Below, piece by piece: positions 10,691 through 19,392 of a stretch of 64,000 bases of DNA. Each line of letters starts with the position of its first letter. Position 1 is the stretch's first letter. This DNA is from Gemmatimonadota bacterium (GTDB lineage: Bacteria; JBHIER01; G020348925). The DNA lies in NCBI GenBank assembly GCA_020348925.1, contig CP070758.1, positions 3,611,688-3,675,687 of the forward strand, given 5' to 3'. The notes beneath the pieces are model-generated. The model saw only the letters and a program-made list of their open reading frames with translations. It did no database searches and was not told the DNA's origin. The translations under genes were made by a program, and so were the position numbers.

Positions 10691-11477
10691 ACAGGACACC
10701 TGTCTCAAGAAGTTCCGACGCATCAACGACAAATCTCTTAAACAGCTTCTTCTCTATCGGTTCCTCAACCACTACGGCTACGATAAGGGAGAAATCAGCG
10801 CCAGAGCCATTGTCGATGATATCATTAAACTCATCGAACGCTACTTCATCCTGGCCAATCCTCAACCCGAAGGCCTCTACATCAACTACGGTCATCTGGT
10901 CTGGATGGCTGTTGATGTCGAAGCGCGGCACAAACGAGGCCAGAGAATGCTCAACACAAAGCTCAAACCCGTGCTGTTGACCTTTCTGGCTGACGAGGAC
11001 ATCGAGTCCCTCAAAGAAGGCTTCTCATCTCGTCAGCTCCGAATCCGACGGATGGTCAGATGGTGTGAACAAGCCTATGACCAGGGAGCATTACTCTCTC
11101 AACTGGACCTGGCTGTTCTACTCAACGTCTGCGATGCGGCAGTCACCGACTATGTCAATGAATATCAAAGAACAACGGGGCGAATCCTTCCCACCAGGGG
11201 AAACATCCATGACCTCTCCGGCGCCATCACTCACAAACGGGAGATCATTGCCCTCTATCTACAGGGCTATCTCACCCCGACTATTGCCAGAAAAACCAAC
11301 CATTCCAAAGAGGCTGTCGATCGATACATCAAGGACTTTGAAGCAGTCCAAACACTCTATCAACATGGCATCTATGACCTTGATCGTATCGTCCAACTGG
11401 CCAGACTCAGTAAAAAAGTGGTTCAACAATACCTCGATCTAATACCCAGGGAGAAAAACCTTGAAAAATCAACTTGA
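10674..11477 (+). CDS. DUF1670-like protein B, paralog of A, overlapping its 3' end
   Basis: RWCEQAYDQGALLSQLDLAVLL, PTRGNIHDLSGAITHKREIIALYLQG and HSKEAVDRY. Confidence 0.75.
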   Translation: MKKLSKQDTCLKKFRRINDKSLKQLLLYRFLNHYGYDKGEISARAIVDDIIKLIERYFILANPQPEGLYINYGHLVWMAVDVEARHKRGQRMLNTKLKPVLLTFLADEDIESLKEGFSSRQLRIRRMVRWCEQAYDQGALLSQLDLAVLLNVCDAAVTDYVNEYQRTTGRILPTRGNIHDLSGAITHKREIIALYLQGYLTPTIARKTNHSKEAVDRYIKDFEAVQTLYQHGIYDLDRIVQLARLSKKVVQQYLDLIPREKNLEKST

Positions 11478-11504
11478 CATCACTATATTTTTTCATGATT
11501 TATC

Positions 11505-11525
11505 CCTCCTGGGGTCATATGATAC
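11505..11525 (-). repeat. Right inverted repeat of the DUF1670 element
   Basis: CCTCCTGGGGTCATATGATAC, complementary to the left IR. Confidence 0.85.
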
Positions 11526-12430
11526 TATTTCATCAACACCATCCGTTTCGTGGCCGTGAAATCATTCGCCTCAATTCGGTAAAAGTAGACCCCACTGGCC
11601 ATATCGGACGCATTCCAATCGACCTTGAGATAGCAGGCCTCCTGTCTCCTGTCCACCAGCACCTCCACCACCTGCCCCAGCAGGTTGTAAACCGATACCT
11701 TCACCTTCGCCGCCTCCGGCAAGGCATATTCGATACGCGTCACAGGATTGAAGGGGTTCGGATAGTTCTGGGCCAGACTGTACGCCGCCGGCGCAAAGTC
11801 ACTGGCTTTCACAGTAAACATTGAACCATGCCCGAAACCGATCCCCTCATCAGCGGTGAAGACAATCGGCTCCACAACATCAATACTCACCTCGTCCACA
11901 TCATGTACCACGGTGAACGGAACACGCACCACCGAACCGGCTCCGGCCTCTATAGATTCTCCCCTCATGCTCGACAGGAAGACCACCAGCTCTTCGCCGA
12001 CAATCCTGGAATGAACCTCCATCCCCTGAGACCGCTGCGTCAGATCAGGGTTGCCCGGTATCACCATATCCTGATCGTACCGAAACCGCAGCACCATACC
12101 GGCCACATCCACCTCGGAAGCCACACTCACCGGCACGACCACAGTCCTGCCACCCACACCCATCACATCACCCATCTGTACATCGGTCACCGTCACCTTG
12201 GGATCGCACACACCCACGGCCCGGTTGATACACTTCATCAAATCGATGACGTTCACCAGGCCGTCGCCGTTGGCATCGGCCGCCCAGATCAATGTCTTCG
12301 GGTCGAAAACATCTTCCAGCGAACCCAGGCTCTTCTCGCCAACTATATGGTACAGCATCTCAAACAGATCCATCAACGTCACCGTCGTATCCGGCACCCC
12401 GGACGAACCCGTCACATCACACTTGGCCGG
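11525..12430 (-). CDS. Secreted protein C-terminus with dockerin-like, cohesin-like and FlgD-Ig/T9SS-like sorting domains; partial at gap
   Basis: ADANGDGLVNVIDL; VVVPVSV..FRYD cohesin-like pattern; LAQNYPNPFNP...GVYFYRI...KRMVLMK. Confidence 0.8.
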   Translation of the reverse strand, partial: PAKCDVTGSSGVPDTTVTLMDLFEMLYHIVGEKSLGSLEDVFDPKTLIWAADANGDGLVNVIDLMKCINRAVGVCDPKVTVTDVQMGDVMGVGGRTVVVPVSVASEVDVAGMVLRFRYDQDMVIPGNPDLTQRSQGMEVHSRIVGEELVVFLSSMRGESIEAGAGSVVRVPFTVVHDVDEVSIDVVEPIVFTADEGIGFGHGSMFTVKASDFAPAAYSLAQNYPNPFNPVTRIEYALPEAAKVKVSVYNLLGQVVEVLVDRRQEACYLKVDWNASDMASGVYFYRIEANDFTATKRMVLMK

Positions 12431-12530
12431 NNNNNNNNNNNNNNNNNNNNNNNNNNNNNNNNNNNNNNNNNNNNNNNNNNNNNNNNNNNNNNNNNNNNNN
12501 NNNNNNNNNNNNNNNNNNNNNNNNNNNNNN

Positions 12531-12675
12531 AGTGGAGGTCTTGGTCGATTCGGATCTTGAAGCCGGGTACTACAGCGTTTCTTGGGACGCCTCCGGAGTG
12601 ACCACAGGCGTGTATTTCTTCCGTATCGTGGCATCGAACTATACGGAGACAAGGCGCATGGTTTTCATGAAGTAG
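12531..12675 (+). CDS. C-terminal fragment of a sorting-domain protein; partial at gap
   Basis: VLVD...AGYYSVSWDAS...GVYFFRI...RRMVFMK. Confidence 0.75.
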
Positions 12676-12840
12676 AAACTCAATTGTCGTTTGCGATGAG
12701 GACCGTCTTCCTGACGGTAGGACGGTGCGGACGCTCGAGCGCATGAGACGGCTTCGTTCCACCCCCTCGCTCGCCACGACAGGCAAAGGTCCAATCTCCC
12801 GGTGGGTTCACTTCTCAGGGAGACCATTGCTCTACAGGAG

Positions 12841-12874
12841 GCCGCTCCGGTTTCAAAACCGGAGCGGTTTTTTT
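12841..12874 (+). terminator. Intrinsic terminator
   Basis: GCCGCTCCGGTTT/AAACCGGAGCGGT stem followed by a T run. Confidence 0.8.
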
Positions 12875-12950
12875 ATACGGAGGTCGGTTTGGAAAGGATC
12901 AGTACATGGTATACTCAACATCTTATTCCTGTCGTGGAGGATGCTCGCAT

Positions 12951-13904
12951 TTATATGAGGAGCTTACCGTCTCTCATAATCGTTTGGTCGTCGATTTCGA
13001 GAGTTGGATTGAGAAGGAGCCCATCCATGTGGCTGGGGACACTCACCGTTCCGCCAATTGATGCGTTGTCACCGAGAGCGATATGTACGGTGCCGGCCAC
13101 TTTTTCATCCTCCAAGATGTTTCCGGTTATTTTCGCCTTGTAATTCGTTCCCAGTCCCAATTCGGCGATGTTTCGACCCGGCCGGCCGAAGGACCGCGTC
13201 AGTTTGCTGAGCTGCTGTGCCTCTCTTCCGCCGGAAATTTTGGTGGCGTAGCCGTTTCGAACCGTTAACCGGATGGGCGCTGAGAGCAGGCCGATGCCGG
13301 CCATGGAGCCGTCGATGACGATCGTCCCGTGGGCGCTGTTTTCGACGGGAGCAATGTAGGCTTCCCCTGAGGGAAGGTTACCGAACTCCCCAGGTTTGTG
13401 AAACTGCCCGGTGTCGGCCATGCCCTTCATGCCCACGAGGGACATGATGAGATTGGTGCCCTCTCGGGTCGTCAATTTGGCAGTGGCTCCTCTGGTTAAA
13501 TATTCGGCCACCCTGAGAGATGCCTCAGCGATCCTTGTGTAGTCGGCCTGCAGCGCACGTCTCATTATGCTCAGGGTGATGTTGGGCAGAGTGGCCCCTC
13601 GCGCCCCGGCCTCGCATGCCCTTTGCCTCGCTCTGGTGTGGGAAAGTGATTTCGATGTCGGACCAATGAAAACGTCGACGTGCTTCATGAATTCGGCCAG
13701 GGCTTTCGGCGGTTCCTCGCCGTGGGTTCTTCTGGGGAGAATCTCGGTCATCATCGCTTCGGCGCCCAAGTCTCGGGCTGCCTCCCAGAGGGCGTAGCCG
13801 ATCTTTCTTTTTTCGATGTCAGTGATCACAAGGACCGATTCACCCGGTTTGACACCAAGGCAATCTCGGACGGCAATATGCGCCGCTTCCCGAAGTGAGT
13901 TCAT
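12951..13904 (-). CDS. Aminopeptidase, M29/AmpS-like family
   Basis: GEEPP, SLSHT, GNLPSGE, IAELGLGTN, EDEKVAGTVHIALGDN and H.DG motifs. Confidence 0.85.
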   Translation of the reverse strand: MNSLREAAHIAVRDCLGVKPGESVLVITDIEKRKIGYALWEAARDLGAEAMMTEILPRRTHGEEPPKALAEFMKHVDVFIGPTSKSLSHTRARQRACEAGARGATLPNITLSIMRRALQADYTRIAEASLRVAEYLTRGATAKLTTREGTNLIMSLVGMKGMADTGQFHKPGEFGNLPSGEAYIAPVENSAHGTIVIDGSMAGIGLLSAPIRLTVRNGYATKISGGREAQQLSKLTRSFGRPGRNIAELGLGTNYKAKITGNILEDEKVAGTVHIALGDNASIGGTVSVPSHMDGLLLNPTLEIDDQTIMRDGKLLI

Positions 13905-13999
13905 AAAATTTCAACCTCCCTTGAAAAGTCGAGTCTGCGGAAAGAGAATGACCCCACCGGCGATGCTCTCGCTGAGAGTGTCGTTTCTCCAGGCACGTT

Positions 14000-14374
14000 C
14001 TATTGATCCATTGCCCGGTCGTTCTTTTCCGTGAGTTGAATAAATCGTTCGCTTTGTAATCGTTTTATGAAAACGCCCAGGCGATCATAGACAGGTTCAA
14101 CAGAATTGCCGAACCGTTTTTTGAGACTTTGACCAATAGCATGCACGGTTTTGGAGCCATCGCAGTTGAGCCAGACGTGGCTTCCAAAAGCGTCGAGCTT
14201 CACTCTGAAGTGCTGGCTGCGAAGTCTCGGGAGAAGCCACGAGACGAGGAGACGGTTCCGAAACTTTGGGACGAGGACGACGACCGCATTGTCGCCGTCA
14301 GTCTCCCATCGGTGATTTCGATGCGGTGTCAAATCCAGAAGATTCAGAGCGACCCCGTTTTCCTTCTCTTTCAT
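14000..14374 (-). CDS. PqqD family (RRE-like) protein
   Basis: VKLDAFGSHVWLNCDGSKTV..IG..L...F motif. Confidence 0.8.
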   Translation of the reverse strand: MKEKENGVALNLLDLTPHRNHRWETDGDNAVVVLVPKFRNRLLVSWLLPRLRSQHFRVKLDAFGSHVWLNCDGSKTVHAIGQSLKKRFGNSVEPVYDRLGVFIKRLQSERFIQLTEKNDRAMDQ

Positions 14375-14384
14375 TTCCTTCGCC

Positions 14385-16406
14385 TCACGTGACAGGACTG
14401 GGTGGCGCCGGCTCATCAGGGCTGCCCGCGTTCTTCAGGGGGAAGTAGTTCAGGATGAAGCCGATGATGACGAAGACGAAGAGACTGGTGATGAAAGACG
14501 AATTTCGGAAAATCTGAGGCGCAGAAATATTGTAAAAGGCGAGGGCGGCGAAGACAAGTCCAACAAGAGCCTCACCGGCGATGAGACCGGAGGCGATGAG
14601 GATGCCGTTGTTTTCCACCCGGGCGTTTTGCGCCGCGTTGAATTGGCGTTTCGCCGCGAGCTTATCCAAAACACCCCGGAACAGCCCGCCGATAAAAATG
14701 GCGAAGGTCGTTTCCAGGGGTAAGTACATGCCCACGCAGACGAGCATGGGGCTTTTCACCTGAACCAGAATCATGGCGATGGCCATGAGTATCCCGACGA
14801 TGATGAGGGGCCAGGCCATCTCACCACCGACGATTCCCTGAGAGAGCAACGCCATGAGGCTGGCCTGGGGAGCGGGCAGAGCCCTTCCGCCGAAGCCTGT
14901 CCCGCCGGAATTGATATCGCCCTGATGGAGAATGAGCAAGGGAAAGAACATGATGGCACCGGCCAGGATGACACCGATGACATCACCGATCTGCATTTTC
15001 CAGGGGGTACCGCCCAGGATGTGGCCGACCTTGAGATCCTGGAGCATCTCACCGGCAACGGCTGCGGCGACACAGACGACGGCGGCGACCCCCAGAACGG
15101 CTGCCACACCGGGTTCACCTTTCATGCCCAGGATGACCATGAGGATAGCTGCGACGATGAGGGTGGACAGGGTGAGTCCGCTGACCGGGTTGTTGCTGGA
15201 GCCGATGAGGCCGCACAGGTAACCGGACACGGCCGCAAAGAAGAAACCGGCCACGATCATGACGAGCGTCGCGACAAGGGCGGCCCCGACGTTGTGGCTG
15301 AAATGCTGATAGATGATGAACGTGAAGATGGCTCCCAGCCCAATACCGGGCCCCACCCATTTCAGACTGATATCCTTGTCGGTGCGTGAGATCTGGGCGG
15401 CTCCGGCGGCACCCTTTTTGACATCGCCGATGGACCGTTTCAGGCCGCCAATGAGGCTGGCGCGCATGCGGTAGAGGGTGTAGATGGCACTCATAAGCAT
15501 GCCACCGATGGCGATGGGCCGGACCATATACTTCCAGACAGCGATGGCTTGGTCCGTCCAGCCTTCTTCTCCGTGACCCATACCGGTTTCCAGGGTCGGA
15601 CCGACGAAATAGAGAAGCAGGGGCACGAACAATCCCCAACTGAGGAGACCGCCGCTGAAGTTGAGGGAAGCCAATCTGGGGCCGATAATATATCCGACGC
15701 CGATATAAGCGGGGCTGACTCCAGGTGTCGAGAGGAGCGCACCACCGCTGCCTTGGATGGCACTTCCGGTTCTCAGATCGATGCTTGATCGGGCAAAGGG
15801 GACGAATTTCTCCCAGCTGGCAGCAAAGACGTTCAGTTGCTTGAGAGCCTGAACCAGCGCTCCCATGAGACCGGCTCCTAAAAGATAGAGGGCTCCTGTT
15901 CCGCCGGCTCGACCGGCCTTGTGAATTTCCGACGCGGCCACGGACTCAGGGAACGGCAGTTCAACATCCTCGACCATGACCCGTCGCAACAGGGTGACGA
16001 AGAGGATGCCGATAATACCTCCGACGATCATGATCGCTGTGGATTCCACGTAATGTTGGAACGTGCCGAACTTGGCCCATACGCCGGAAATGAGAAAGGC
16101 CGGGATGGTGAAGATGGCGCCGGCGGCGATGGACTCTCCGATGGAGCCCACGGTTCGGGCCAGGTTCTCCTCGAGGATAGAGCCTTTGAACAGACGAAGC
16201 ACCGCCATGCCAATGACGGCCGCGGGATAGGTCGCCGCAATGGTCATGCCCGCCTTGAGGCCGAGATAGGCGTTGGCCGCACCTAAGATGACGGCCATGA
16301 CAAGGCCGATCAAGAGTGCCAGGAAAGTGAACTCCTTCATCGAGGTATCTGCCGGTACGTAAGGCTTCCATGTTCCGGATTGTGCGTCGCGTTCTTCTGC
16401 TGCCAT
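14385..16406 (-). CDS. OPT family oligopeptide transporter
   Basis: NAYLGLKAG, LPFPESVA, GSSNNPVSG, QDLKVG..LGGTPWKMQ and LPAPQA motifs. Confidence 0.92.
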   Translation of the reverse strand: MAAEERDAQSGTWKPYVPADTSMKEFTFLALLIGLVMAVILGAANAYLGLKAGMTIAATYPAAVIGMAVLRLFKGSILEENLARTVGSIGESIAAGAIFTIPAFLISGVWAKFGTFQHYVESTAIMIVGGIIGILFVTLLRRVMVEDVELPFPESVAASEIHKAGRAGGTGALYLLGAGLMGALVQALKQLNVFAASWEKFVPFARSSIDLRTGSAIQGSGGALLSTPGVSPAYIGVGYIIGPRLASLNFSGGLLSWGLFVPLLLYFVGPTLETGMGHGEEGWTDQAIAVWKYMVRPIAIGGMLMSAIYTLYRMRASLIGGLKRSIGDVKKGAAGAAQISRTDKDISLKWVGPGIGLGAIFTFIIYQHFSHNVGAALVATLVMIVAGFFFAAVSGYLCGLIGSSNNPVSGLTLSTLIVAAILMVILGMKGEPGVAAVLGVAAVVCVAAAVAGEMLQDLKVGHILGGTPWKMQIGDVIGVILAGAIMFFPLLILHQGDINSGGTGFGGRALPAPQASLMALLSQGIVGGEMAWPLIIVGILMAIAMILVQVKSPMLVCVGMYLPLETTFAIFIGGLFRGVLDKLAAKRQFNAAQNARVENNGILIASGLIAGEALVGLVFAALAFYNISAPQIFRNSSFITSLFVFVIIGFILNYFPLKNAGSPDEPAPPSPVT

Positions 16407-16811
16407 GCGGTTATCCTCCGCGGTTATGGGTGAATACGTTATGCGTTTGTGTTATCGCTTGTGAACATGGGGATGATTGAGGGGAGGACTTCGTACCTCC
16501 TGGTCCACGCTTCCCTCCTTCGTTGTCAGGTTGACCCTTTCGGTTTCCATTTCGCAGAGATGTAACATACTGGCTTGCAGAAAGTTAGTATTCGCCAGCT
16601 GTATCCATGTCTATCATTGTGTGGCTGCAGTACGTCACCTATTCTGAGGATATACGTTATCATTATTTCAATACAAAGTCAAGGGAAAAATCAAAAAATT
16701 TTCCCTTGTTATTAAATATACCGGTGGGTATATTACCACAGGATCTGTTTCTTTTCGTTTTTTAATGCGTTGTTTCAGGAACAGGCATGCAGACAAGGCC
16801 GCTACAGTATC

Positions 16812-18425
16812 ATGAATAGAAATGTACAGAACGGTGTTGTCTTCCTTCTCCTGAGCCTCGGCTGGATCGTCTGCTTCGGAGCGGGAGGATGTGCTCACAG
16901 AGTCCCGGCCCCATCCTCGGGAGAGGCTCCCGCGCAGCCCCATCCCAAGGCCCTCGAGTATTACCGCCAGGGCGTTCTGTATGATATTGAGAAGGAGTAC
17001 TATCGTGCTCTGGTCGAGTACTATCAAGCCTTGGATTATGATTCCACATCATCGTCGATTTATCTGGCTATTGCTAAAGATTACCGGGCCCTGAATAAAA
17101 ACGAGAGCGCGACGTTGGCTGCGCAAAAGGCCGTCCGGGTGAACAACGAGGATCTTGAAGCTCATCGTTTTCTGGCCAGCATGTACAAATTGAGCGGTCA
17201 GGCGGAAAAGGCGCGGGATCAACTCGAAAAAGTCGTCCTGCTGGATTCAACTGACGTCGATTCGTGGTTTGAACTGGGGACATTGTACAGCGACGGGGGT
17301 GATTTTCAAAAGGCACTCTGGGCCTTCCGAGGAGCACTCGCAGCGAATCCCGATTTTTTCAAGGCCCATTACGGTCTGGGATCCGTCTACGAAGCTCTCG
17401 AGGAGACGGAGAAGGCTGTGGAAGCGTTTCGGCAGGTCCTGTCCCATAATCCCGAGAATCTGGGGCTCAGGCGTCGCATCGCGGAGTTGTCGGTTACGTT
17501 GGAGAGGTGGCAGGATGCTGTCGAACAGTTCGAATACATTGTCTCAAGAACACCGAGAGACCGGGTGGCGAGACGAATGCTGGGATTTCTTCATTACACA
17601 GCCGGTAGCTATGACGAAGCCGAGACTGTTTTTCGCGAGTTGTTGAAAGACGATTCCTCTGATATCGACGCCCTTTTTTATCTTGGGCGAACGTACCTGG
17701 CGCGGGATGATTATCCCCGGGCAAGCCAGCATTTTTTAAAGGTTGTGGCATTGGACAGCACCGATCCGAGAGGCTGGATGAATCTTGGCTACGCCTATCT
17801 CGATCAACGGGAGACAGAGAAAGCCGTGGATCTTTTCCGCGATGCCACGGTGAAATTTCCCCAAAACAGTCGTTTCTTGTACCTGTTGGGCGTTTCCTAC
17901 ACTCAACAGGAACAGTATCCGGAAGCCATTGCGGCTCTCCAACGCGCTCTCGAGCTGGAGCCCGATTTCCCGCCGGCCCTCCACGATTTAGGAGCAAGCT
18001 ATGAGCGAGCCGGAATGTTCGAGGAAGCGGTGGAAATTTTCGAGCACCTTCTCGACATTGATCCTGACAACGCTTCCGGCTTAAACTATTTGGGATATAT
18101 GTACGCCGACAGGGGAGTGCGCTTGAAGGAATCTTTGAAGATGCTGAAAAAAGCGGTGTCCCTGGACCCTGAGAACGGAGCCTATCTTGATAGTCTGGGC
18201 TGGGTCTATTTTCGTCTGGGAAAGATAAAGGAGGCTGAGGCGTATATCCTCAAAGCGCTTCAACACATCGAGGACAACGCCGTCATTTACGACCATCTGG
18301 GGGAAGTCTATTATCACCAGGGGAGATTGGAAGAGGCTGCGGCCCAGTGGCAGAAAGCCTTTGAATTGGAAGAGGACAGCGAAGACATATTACGGAAATT
18401 GGAGCGGATCAGGGGCAAGGAGTAA
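16812..18425 (+). CDS. TPR-repeat lipoprotein
   Basis: Lipobox-like AGGC; many TPRs; LNYLGY..A...YLDSLGWVYF...DHLGEVY C-terminus. Confidence 0.85.
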   Translation: MNRNVQNGVVFLLLSLGWIVCFGAGGCAHRVPAPSSGEAPAQPHPKALEYYRQGVLYDIEKEYYRALVEYYQALDYDSTSSSIYLAIAKDYRALNKNESATLAAQKAVRVNNEDLEAHRFLASMYKLSGQAEKARDQLEKVVLLDSTDVDSWFELGTLYSDGGDFQKALWAFRGALAANPDFFKAHYGLGSVYEALEETEKAVEAFRQVLSHNPENLGLRRRIAELSVTLERWQDAVEQFEYIVSRTPRDRVARRMLGFLHYTAGSYDEAETVFRELLKDDSSDIDALFYLGRTYLARDDYPRASQHFLKVVALDSTDPRGWMNLGYAYLDQRETEKAVDLFRDATVKFPQNSRFLYLLGVSYTQQEQYPEAIAALQRALELEPDFPPALHDLGASYERAGMFEEAVEIFEHLLDIDPDNASGLNYLGYMYADRGVRLKESLKMLKKAVSLDPENGAYLDSLGWVYFRLGKIKEAEAYILKALQHIEDNAVIYDHLGEVYYHQGRLEEAAAQWQKAFELEEDSEDILRKLERIRGKE

Positions 18426-18433
18426 CGGGATTC

Positions 18434-19270
18434 GTGAGACGCGGTCGACAACGGAGGGCCCTTTTCGCGGGCTCGAGGCAGCGGTTCCAAACCTTCGCCG
18501 TCTGCGGTGGCGTCCTGCTCCTTCTTCTCGGTCAATGTACTCCTTTTTTTCTGAGACCGCCCCTGACTCTGGACGCCACTCCCGAACAAATTATTGAGTC
18601 CATCAGCGATAACGTCGACAAGTTGATCGACCTGGAGGGCAAGGTTCAGATCAGACTGTATGCACCTGCAACGCGTGAAACGGCTGTGGCCAAGCTGGCC
18701 TATCGGAAACCCGATCTGTTGAAGGTTGAGGTGAAGGGGTTTCTGGGCGTCACCGTGGCCAATGTTTCCGTCAGGGGCGACACGATCTGGGTCTACTATC
18801 CCTTGTCGAACTACTTGGTTCAGGGGAGACCGACGGCGGAAAACTTTGAGCTGATGACCGGGATACGGCTCGACATCGGGGATCTGGAAAGTGTCATTTT
18901 GGGGGAGGCGGGATTGGCCCGGGATGCTTTGGATTCTCTCGTCGATTTTCACGTCGAAGGAAGGGAGTATGTCCTCACCTTTCGCGGAGATGGAGGCGGG
19001 CACACCCACCGGGTGGAGCCGAGACGTCTCATGGTGACGCGAAGTGATTTTTTCGACGATCAGGGACACCTGGAGATGCGATACGACTATATGCATTACG
19101 AAAAGTTCGACGGCCTCCGGCTTCCGACGAAAATCGAAATTCATAAGGGCACTGAGGACCATCGTGTCCTGTTGACGCTGGAGGAGGGGAGGGTCAATCG
19201 CGGAATTTCTGAAGATCGATTTCACATGAATGTGCCGGAGAATGTGGAACGCATCGAACTGAGTAATTGA
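18434..19270 (+). CDS. DUF4292 / LolA-LolB-like fold lipoprotein
   Basis: Hydrophobic stretch ending LGQC; beta-rich; LPTKIEI and F.MNVPE motifs; follows the TPR gene. Confidence 0.6.
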   Translation: MRRGRQRRALFAGSRQRFQTFAVCGGVLLLLLGQCTPFFLRPPLTLDATPEQIIESISDNVDKLIDLEGKVQIRLYAPATRETAVAKLAYRKPDLLKVEVKGFLGVTVANVSVRGDTIWVYYPLSNYLVQGRPTAENFELMTGIRLDIGDLESVILGEAGLARDALDSLVDFHVEGREYVLTFRGDGGGHTHRVEPRRLMVTRSDFFDDQGHLEMRYDYMHYEKFDGLRLPTKIEIHKGTEDHRVLLTLEEGRVNRGISEDRFHMNVPENVERIELSN

Positions 19271-19392
19271 TGCCCGTGGGCCCACAAGAAATTGAGGACG
19301 AAGATGCGTTCTGAGGGGAACTTGTGAAGAGGGCCTGAGTTGTGGGGTGTGATTGCGGTTGGCGAGGATCGAACGGAGTTGAGGAGCTGGAT

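Larger units (their letters stand above)
9798..11528 (+). mobile_element. Putative mobile element carrying two DUF1670-like genes, with 21-bp subterminal inverted repeats and a flanking TTCAT direct repeat
   Basis: IRL 9802-9822 GTATCATTTGACCCCATGAGG; IRR 11505-11525 reverse complement GTATCATATGACCCCAGGAGG (19/21). TTCAT at 9793-9797 and 11529-11533. Removing the element restores ...ATGGTGTTGATGAAGTAA on the minus strand. Confidence 0.75.

Noticed and set aside
11474-11503. TTGACA at the end of DUF1670-B as an outward or circle-junction promoter
   Set aside because: There is no good -10 at 16-18 bp spacing.
11525-12675. Apparent inverted pair of sorting-domain ends around the gap (possible shufflon or inversion)
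   Set aside because: They are on different contigs, the adjacency is not evidence, and no invertase is present.
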